Below, piece by piece: positions 1 to 6,315 of a stretch of DNA of 6,315 nt. The notes beneath the pieces are model-generated. The model worked only from the letters and a program-made list of their open reading frames with translations. It ran no database searches and had not been told where the DNA came from. Every line of letters begins with the position of its first letter. Position 1 is the stretch's first letter. Location of the stretch: contig NW_021829396.1 of the NCBI RefSeq assembly GCF_006345805.1, positions 1 to 6,315 on the forward strand. Direction: 5' to 3'. The position numbers and the translations under genes were made by a program. This DNA comes from Octopus sinensis (taxonomy: Eukaryota).

Positions 1-345
1 TTAAATAATATCAATTCCAACGATTACGTACAATAGGAAAGTGCTGTAAGCGATTACTAGGGCTCCAAACTTACAGCCGAGAGGGTCGTTATGGAACCAT
101 CATGGATCTACGCAGGATTGCGCCTAAGGACTCATGCTGTTGTTCTTATAACTTCGGAAAGTTGAAATATGAACTTTTATGCTTCTTTTTCATCTTCCTT
201 TCCATCTCCTTATTCTCTTACTCCCTTCCTCTATGTCGTCATCTCATTAATATATACCATTCTCATTTTCCGTATTTTTCTCTACTTGTCTCTGATGACG
301 GAATATCCCATACTCGGGGATATCCCGGAAACAGCTGTAAGACTT
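1..345 (+). mobile_element. 3' end / pseudo-LTR region of a decayed Penelope-like retroelement (GIY-YIG C-terminus remnant, pyrimidine-rich tract, hammerhead)
   Basis: Frame +2, 35-106 reads RKVL*AITRAPNLQPRGSLWN, resembling the PLE GIY-YIG C-terminal pattern R-x-x-x-E-A-I-x-I-R...P-x-L-N-R...L...W, with TAA (47-49) in place of Glu. It is followed by a T/C-rich tract (about 183-290) and a hammerhead motif on the same strand, the known layout of PLE ends. The motif match is by eye only. Confidence 0.55.
288..343 (+). ncRNA. Type I hammerhead ribozyme (PLE-type, palindromic stem III)
   Basis: Stem I GTCT 288-291 / AGAC 340-343. Core CTGATGA 292-298. Stem II 299-309 / 317-327 (10 of 11 pairs, one A-C mismatch at 302/324, 7-nt loop). 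GAAA 328-331. Palindrome ACAGCTGT 331-338. Cleavage triplet GTA 337-339. Confidence 0.8.
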
Positions 346-429
346 TGAATTTTTTCCAATGATAATATTGTATACGAATTAAGATGTTTGCCTTGCCTTA
401 ATATTTGTTGTCCTTTTTTTAACAATCAT

Positions 430-585
430 GGAGTGGCTGTGTGGTAAGTAGCTTGCTTACCAACCGCATGGTTCCGGGTTCAGTCCCACTGCGTGGCATC
501 TTGGGCAAGTGTCTTCTGCTATAGCCTCGGGCCGACCAATACCTTGTGATTGGATTTGGTAGACGAAAACTGAAAGAAGCCTGTC

Positions 586-649
<64 letters not shown>

Positions 650-899
650 TGTATGCGTGTCTATATGTTTGTGTGTCTGTGTTTGTCCCCCTAGCATTGC
701 TTGACAACCGATGGTGGTGTGTTTACGTCCGCGTAACTTAGCGGTTCGGCAAAAGAGACCGATAGAATAAGTACTGGGCTTACAAAGAATAGGTCCTGGG
801 GGTCGAGTTGCTCGACTAAAGGCGGTGCTCCAGCATGGCCGCAGTCAAATGACTGAAACAAGTAAAAGAATAAAATAGTAAAAGTGTATGTAAATGAGT
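430..899 (+). mobile_element. tRNA-derived SINE, near full length, copy 1 (octopus-type, internal microsatellite)
   Basis: Pol III A-box-like TGGCTGTGTGGT (434-445) and B-box-like GGTTCAGTCCC (477-487). SINE core-like CTTGGGCAAGTGTCTT, internal (TA)n(TG)n at 587-648, and a 3' part ending GAAACAAGTAAAAG with a degenerate A-rich tail. Possible 6-bp TSD AATCAT at 424-429 and 900-905 (weak). Highly similar copies at 2733-3091 and 3231-3432. Confidence 0.9.
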
Positions 900-915
900 A
901 ATCATTCAATGCCGT

Positions 916-1105
916 GGTGACCGATTGCAGTCGAGTCAAACCAAAGTTTTGAAACGTAGACAGACGTGTTCTTTGAAACAAACGTGTTCTTTGAAACAAA
1001 CGTATTCTTTGAAATAAACTTGAACTCCAAATTATATGAGGTAACGATTCACTGCCAAGGTGACCGATTGCCGTAATACGTCTAATCAAACCAAAAGTTT
1101 CGAAA
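916..1105. repeat. Diverged direct duplication, period about 143 bp
   Basis: GGTGACCGATTGC is exact at 916-928 and 1059-1071. Each is followed by a similar block: TCAAACCAAAGTTTTGAAA (936-954) and TCAAACCAAAAGTTTCGAAA (1086-1105). Confidence 0.6.
964..1017. repeat. Minisatellite, 3 x 18 bp (ACGTGTTCTTTGAAACAA)
   Basis: Units at 964-981 and 982-999 are identical. The unit at 1000-1017 has two substitutions. Confidence 0.9.
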
Positions 1106-1496
1106 GAGCAAAATCGGAGACAATTATCTGTCAATTGTTCGACATTTCTAATACGATGATATTATGATGGTGCTCCTTATATTCCTCGAATAAAAGAATT
1201 TCTATTCGATCATTCTCACTCGAATAACTTTCTATATATCGATAGAGTAAATTGGCAAATTGGCACTAATGTTCTTTCGAAACAATTTCAGAAAAAATCA
1301 ATTTCCTTTCTATCAATCATCAATATATATGTATATATAATTTTTTTTTGGTCCTCTTGATATATATATATATATATATTGAATATTTTTATCGCTTAAA
1401 TGAAACATCGGCACTTTTCGAAATCGATCTGTCAGATCGAATACAATTTCTTGCCATATGTTTTACCAATTTACCACATACCAGATACTTTCCCAC

Positions 1497-1536
1497 CACG
1501 CACGCACGCACGCACACACACACACACATACACACA

Positions 1537-1595
<59 letters not shown>

Positions 1596-1596
1596 C

Positions 1597-1633
<37 letters not shown>

Positions 1634-2100
1634 CATATAGACACACTTATATACTATAAACAATAAATTGAACATGTGTGTGTGTTTGTATGTATATATA
1701 TATATATATATATATACAGTAGAGAGAGAGAGAGAGATAGAGAGATTTATATACATATATATATATATATACTTTATATATATTCATGTACATTGGTTCA
1801 TATATATGCATGTGTATGTATGTGTCACTCTCTATATATTATGTATAGTTATATACATATACATACATATATGTGTGTATCTATATATATGTATGTATAT
1901 ATATGTACACACACATATATATACATACATACATACTTACATATATCTATATCTAATCTATCTATCTATATATATATATACGCACATATATATATACATA
2001 TATATACATACATATATATATAATATATATTATAGATATATATATATATATATCATATATATATTATATATATATAATATACAATACAATATATATATAC
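1497..2100. repeat. Compound dinucleotide microsatellite / low-complexity tract (CACG, CA, CT, TA, TG, GA, degenerate TA/TACA)
   Basis: Directly visible; it accounts for all HT/YI/CV-rich ORFs in this interval. Confidence 0.95.
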
Positions 2101-2325
2101 TTAGATCCTCCTGCGACATCATTTCCAATTCAAATTCTTCCAATTCCATTGTAATGTCTTTGTTTCATGGAAATGGAAGCACTGATCGTTGAGAGGATGA
2201 TTGTGGACAATGCATTAAATCTGATAGATTCTTTCGGCCACTTATGGACATTGTTCATTATTATGTATCCCGCCTCTAAGGTATTTTTCCTTAATATTCA
2301 TAACCTGCGTGAAAAGTTTTCCCCT

Positions 2326-2355
<30 letters not shown>

Positions 2356-2357
<2 letters not shown>

Positions 2358-2653
2358 CAAAGTAGTAAATATATGGCACAACGAAGTACCGATATTTACT
2401 GGAAATAGCGAACGTAATAATACGACGCTAATGTATAGCTTCACCGCGTATGTATTAGCAAAAATACGTGTGTGCAACAAACTAGAAAAAATTGTCTTAC
2501 CTCCAGAGAAAACATCTGAAAGATGAAATACCTGGCAAAGGATAATCTGAAACCTGCAGGTCCCACATTATCCTTTTCCAGGTATTTCATCTTTCAGATG
2601 CTTTCCCTGGTAAATATCGGCACTTCGTTGTGCCATATATTTACTACTTTGTG
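2356..2653. mobile_element. Palindromic (foldback) MITE with TA flanks, Tc1/mariner-like target preference
   Basis: 2356-2399 is the reverse complement of 2610-2653 (2 mismatches in 44). 2504-2546 is the reverse complement of 2567-2609 (3 mismatches in 43). The central perfect palindrome is ACCTGCAGGT (2552-2561). TA lies on both sides (2354-2355, 2654-2655), and the left flank is a (TA)n tract. The left arm contains 104 extra bp. Confidence 0.8.
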
Positions 2654-2732
2654 TATTTTTCTCTCACGGGCTATTCTTTACTGGAAAGCAATACTCTAGT
2701 ATTGCATTACTAATTTATATATATATATTCTT

Positions 2733-3088
2733 CTCTTTTTCTTTTTTCTTTTACTTGTTTCAGTCATTTGACTGCGGCCATGCTGGAGCACCGCCTTTAG
2801 TCGAGCAAATCGACCCCAGGACTTATTCATTGTAAGCCTAGTACTTATTCTATTGGTCTCTTTTGCCGAACCGCTAAGTTACGGGGACATGAACACACCA
2901 GTATCGGTTGTCAAGCGATGTTGGGAGGACAAACACGCACACACATATATATACATACATACATATATACGACAGGCCTCTTTCAGTTTCTGTCTACCAA
3001 ATCCACTCACAAGGCTTTGGTCGGCCCGAGGCTATAGTAGAAGAGATTTGCCCAAGATGCCACGCAGTGGGACTGAACCCGGAACCAT

Positions 3089-3091
<3 letters not shown>
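2733..3091 (-). mobile_element. tRNA-derived SINE copy 2, reverse orientation, 5' end (A box) missing
   Basis: Reverse complement of copy 1 from the tail (CTTTTACTTGTTTCAG, 2748-2763) through the core to the B box (GGGACTGAACC, about 3069-3079). Homology stops at 3091, where (TA)n begins. Confidence 0.9.
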
Positions 3092-3167
<76 letters not shown>

Positions 3168-3230
3168 TAGATAGGTAGATAGATATTTGTGTGTGTGTGT
3201 GTGTGTGTATGTGTGTGGGTGTGTGTATAT
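3092..3230. repeat. (TA)n-(GA)n-(TG)n compound microsatellite between SINE copies 2 and 3
   Basis: Directly visible. Confidence 0.95.
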
Positions 3231-3432
3231 ATTTGTGAGTCTGTGTTTGTCCCCACAATATCGCTTGACAACCGATGCTGGTGTGTTTACGTCCCCGTAA
3301 CTTAGCGGTTCGGCAAAAGAGACCGATAGAATAAGTACTAGGTCGGTTTGCCCGACTAAAGGCGGTGCTCCAGCATGGCCACAGTCAACTGACTGAAACA
3401 AGTAAATGAATAAAAGAATAAAAGAAAAAAAA
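3231..3432 (+). mobile_element. SINE copy 3, 3' half only, with a 23-24 nt internal deletion
   Basis: Matches copy 1 from TGTTTGTCCCC to GAAACAAGTAAA plus an A-rich tail. It lacks the CTTACAAAGAATA(A/G)GTCCTGGGG segment between 3342 and 3343, which is flanked by CTRGG microhomology. Confidence 0.85.
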
Positions 3433-3614
3433 TACAGCAGAACCTGATAGAATTGATGTCATTCGAAGAATTATAGATAGGTATTACAGCAGTCTTGGAC
3501 AGAAGAATGTGAAGAACGGCACTGAATTATGTTGCCAATCAGTGAACCAACGAAATGGTGAAGAACGGGGATAAGGGGGGACTTTCACTGCAATTGGAAA
3601 ATCAACGAAGAATT

Positions 3615-3975
3615 TCGTTTTAATTTCATGACTGAATGTGTTGAAATGATATGTGAAACAAACCTTAGTATGTGAAACAAACCTCAGCCCCATATATATC
3701 TTTTTGTCTCTGCTGTCATTTACTTGTACATTGGCCCGGTACACCAGCTCTCAGAAGGTTCTCCATTAAACAGTTAATATCGATCGGTCTTCAGAAACAG
3801 AACACTCATTAAAATTTCTGTTTTTCGATTGGCTGATATGCACCTATGTGCAAACTTTGCAATCATACTTCACTTAAAGATGGTGAATTTCACAATTTGT
3901 TGTATATCTTGTGAAAATATTAATATTTCATATCCTCTTGTCGGTGGAACTGTTTTCATTAAATGGAACGCCTCC
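3615..3975 (-). pseudogene. Decayed GIY-YIG endonuclease and linker region of a second Penelope-like element
   Basis: Minus strand motifs in the expected order: PFNEN (3952-3966), IFTRYT (3901-3918), NECS (3799-3810), FNGE (3759-3770), then VYRANVQVNDSRDKKIYMGL...KVCFTYHFNTFSHE (3744 to 3625). This resembles the PLE pattern PPF..N / IF.R.T / C.C..CP..G.C..VY.A.V...YIG...K.R...H..SF.HE. Stops and frameshifts are present. Confidence 0.55.
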
Positions 3976-4317
3976 GGGAAAACTAACACCCACAACGATA
4001 TATGGAGATTTGTAATCTCCAAGACAAACTTAACAATCTTTATTAACTTTCCATTATATCATTCTCATAGATCATTCTACTGTAGGTTATTTACGATACC
4101 GTAGCTAAATTTTACGCCCAAGTTTCATCAAATATTTCAGACATCCAAAGGTAATAGATGTTCTTCTGGTGTCAGGTATTCAGCAAGGATTTCCCGTTAA
4201 TGCAAATAATTGGGCTTATAATTCATTTGTTGATACGACACTAGTATCTGAACGCGGTTCTGTAAATGGGTTTCTTTAGAACTTAGGAGCAAATATCAAA
4301 CCGTACCATTTTTAAAA

Positions 4318-4415
4318 AATCATTTTTTAAAATTGTGCCAGTCACTGGATTGCGACCACGTTTCATCTGAATACCATAAAATCCACCTGGGCTAGTCTGA
4401 GAGTATTCCCGGGCA
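4318..4415 (+). pseudogene. Possible Merlin / IS1595 (ISXO2-like) DDE transposase trace
   Basis: NH (4318-4323), PVTG (4338-4349) and HLNTIKSTWASLR (4364-4402) resemble the Merlin motif NH...F.DP.TG.HTNTIES.W..LK, but two frameshifts must be assumed. The match is short and by eye only. Confidence 0.3.
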
Positions 4416-4925
4416 CTGCTGGTTTGAGATTAAAAAATCTACAGGTCTGAGAGTGCCACCAGATTAGAGCGTCCAAGATCCACGCAAAGCAACGAAACCG
4501 TACAGCTCGCACATGAGCTGTGTCTGAACATTGCTGACTTGTCACATGAAGGATGAATCCGAGTCTCGGCCGAATCCATCGCGAAGATCGACCCACCTTC
4601 CACCTTAACCAAAGACGGGCAGACGATGTCCGTCTAGCTAATAGCCATGGAGTAAAGAGGTTGTGTGATGGAGGGGGATGACAGGATTGAAGAAAGATGC
4701 TTACCTCTTCGGTCAAGCCCTCAATGACCTTTTAAAGTTCACATGTCTATAGTACTGGAGTTGTGACCGCTCAATGAAGAGAAGTAGCGGCTCCACTTGC
4801 AGAGACTCCGAACTACGCACCCTGACGAGTAACTTTACTCTAGAGATGCTTTAGTGGAACCCAATTTTGGCCCTCTGGTATTCGCGATCCTGCTTTTTCA
4901 GTCATTACCCAACGTTCACAACACC

Positions 4926-5171
4926 TATTATTATTATATTATTATTGAGTGAGAGAGCAGTTCATGCCATCAAAGTGACACTGGGGTAAAATATACGAAG
5001 CCCAATATACCCATCATGACTACCCGTCTGATAAGGGTACACCAGGCACATGCATCACAACCATATGTGCGCGACATGGTGATCTTATATCAAGATAAAC
5101 AGCACATGACCTTGCAGGTGGGGCCCAGTTAGAATTTTCTTCAGGTTGAGTAGCCCATCCCGCTCAAAAGG

Positions 5172-5180
<9 letters not shown>
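4926..5180 (-). mobile_element. 3' end of a non-LTR retroposon (LINE 3'UTR or LINE-tailed SINE) with (AAT)n tail, 5'-truncated
   Basis: On the minus strand a unique-looking body of about 235 bp ends in CTCTCTCACTC followed by (AAT)n (4926-4946). A small stem-loop (4965-4980) lies just before the tail. It resembles an interspersed repeat I recall from octopus sequence (unverified). Confidence 0.5.
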
Positions 5181-5216
<36 letters not shown>

Positions 5217-5238
5217 TATTATTATTATTATTATTATT

Positions 5239-5335
<97 letters not shown>

Positions 5336-5358
5336 TTATCATTATCATTATTATTATT
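5178..5358. repeat. Compound trinucleotide microsatellite (AAT)13-(ATT)n-(ATC)n-(ACT)n-(ATT)n
   Basis: Directly visible. The AAT-to-ATT strand switch is centred at 5215/5216. Confidence 0.95.
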
Positions 5359-5727
5359 ACCGCCTCCTTAGCGAAGGCGGAGGTATTGTTTTCAGTCGTG
5401 TTTGCTTGTTTGTTTGTCCGTGGACAAGGTATTTCAAGAACCACTGGATGGATTCAAATGAATTTCTCGGAGATGTTTGGCCTCGTGACTAACACGAACT
5501 AGTTAGATTTTGGGATCGATCCGAAAACGGACAAGAATTCTGGATTATTCTTTGGTTTTTTTTTTTTACTTAACTTTTGAGAGCAGTCGTGTTCATTTTT
5601 AGTTTTCTCGTTTGTGAGAGCAGTCGAGTTTATCTCAGATATTCCCATTTTAAAAATCATCTTGGCTAATCGTTGAGAGGACGTTGGCGTTGCCTTTGCG
5701 GAGGTTTGTGCTCTCTGAGTGAACTTG

Positions 5728-5729
<2 letters not shown>
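5356..5729 (+). mobile_element. Non-autonomous DINE-1 / HINE (Helentron-associated)-like element, apparently full length
   Basis: 5' hairpin ACCGCCTCCTT-AGCG-AAGGCGGAGGT (5359-5384, 9 of 11 pairs). (GTTT)-type microsatellite at 5400-5419, then an AACCACTGGATGGATT...GAA(A)TTT block. A 3' subterminal repeat CCTTTGCGGAGGT (5693-5705) is followed by a short terminal stem-loop remnant TGCTC-TCT-GAGTG. T-rich flanks, no TSD. This order matches DINE-1/HINE architecture. Confidence 0.65.
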
Positions 5730-5762
<33 letters not shown>

Positions 5763-6023
5763 TTTATTTTATTATTATTATTATTATATTATTATTATAT
5801 TATTTATATTGTTATCATTATTATTATTATTATATTATTATTATTATTATTATTATTATTGTTATTATTATTATTATTATTATCATCATCATCATCATCA
5901 TCATCATTATTATTATCTTATCATTATTATTATTATTATTATTATTATATTATATCATCATATTATTATTATTATTATTATTATATTATTATTATATTAT
6001 ATTATTATTCATCATCATCATCA

Positions 6024-6060
<37 letters not shown>

Positions 6061-6196
6061 CATCATCATCATCATCATTATTATTATTATTATCATTATT
6101 CTTATTATTATTATTATTATTATTATTTATTATTATCATTATTATTATTATTATATATATTATCATCATCATCATCATTATTATTTATTATCATTA

Positions 6197-6229
<33 letters not shown>

Positions 6230-6237
6230 GTTTTTTA
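5730..6237. repeat. About 500-bp degenerate (ATT)n/(ATC)n microsatellite
   Basis: Directly visible; source of the poly-I/L/Y/H/S ORFs. Confidence 0.95.
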
Positions 6238-6315
6238 TTATAATATAATCGTTAGGAATTAAATTACAAATATTTAAACATATAACAACTTTCTTGTTTA
6301 TCTAAGAAACCACAG

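Noticed and set aside
102-362. 86-aa hydrophobic ORF
   Set aside because: Hydrophobicity comes from the T/C-rich PLE terminal tract. It overlaps the ribozyme and has no protein-level support.
430-500. tRNA gene
   Set aside because: A and B boxes are present but no full cloverleaf forms, and the sequence continues into the SINE body. It is a SINE head.
964-1017. CRISPR-like array
   Set aside because: Units are head-to-tail without unique spacers, and the context is eukaryotic.
1424-1440. Palindrome TCGATCTG-T-CAGATCGA (and similarly GCAATACT-CT-AGTATTGC at 2688-2705)
   Set aside because: These are isolated 8-bp-arm inverted repeats with no supporting context and are plausible by chance.
419-3401. 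Many ORFs of 60-174 aa rich in HT, YI and CV dipeptides or SINE-derived peptides (e.g. SFAEPLSY)
   Set aside because: They are translations of dinucleotide microsatellites and SINE copies, with no domain, codon or splice evidence.
3431-3574. Short plus-strand frame containing KNGTEL and a repeated GTGAAGAACGG 11-mer
   Set aside because: The resemblance to the PLE NSTEL motif is too short and on the wrong strand relative to the GIY-YIG remnant. Two 11-mers do not make an array.
3788-3794. Minus-strand CTGAAGA hammerhead-like core
   Set aside because: No stem II followed by GAAA downstream.
4363-4716. 117-aa minus-strand ORF
   Set aside because: No recognisable motif; length is compatible with chance in a GC-richer block.
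4822-4870. Second hammerhead candidate (CTGACGA, GAGTAA/TTACTC hairpin, GAAC, CCAATTTTGG)
   Set aside because: There is no GAAA adjacent to a closed stem II, no correctly placed UH triplet and no convincing stem I.
5085-6248. ORFs with poly-I/V/M/L/Y/H/S runs, including apparent His tracts or hydrophobic helices
   Set aside because: They are trinucleotide microsatellite read-through.

Overview
Eukaryotic, repeat-dense, non-coding window with no credible intact protein-coding gene. Every long ORF in the track is a microsatellite or SINE read-through artefact. The main SINE family looks like one I recall from octopus (coleoid cephalopod) genomes; this is recognition, not a database hit. The window is a mosaic of mobile-element remains: a Penelope-like retroelement (PLE) 3' end carrying a type I hammerhead ribozyme with an intact-looking core (288-343), three copies of one tRNA-derived SINE (two in inverted orientation), a spacerless palindromic TA-flanked MITE with a 104-bp asymmetric insert, a second decayed PLE GIY-YIG fragment, a possible Merlin/IS1595-type transposase trace, a non-LTR retroposon 3' end, and a full-length DINE-1/HINE-like non-autonomous element. 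Large di- and trinucleotide arrays separate them. The hammerhead is the most likely functional RNA element.
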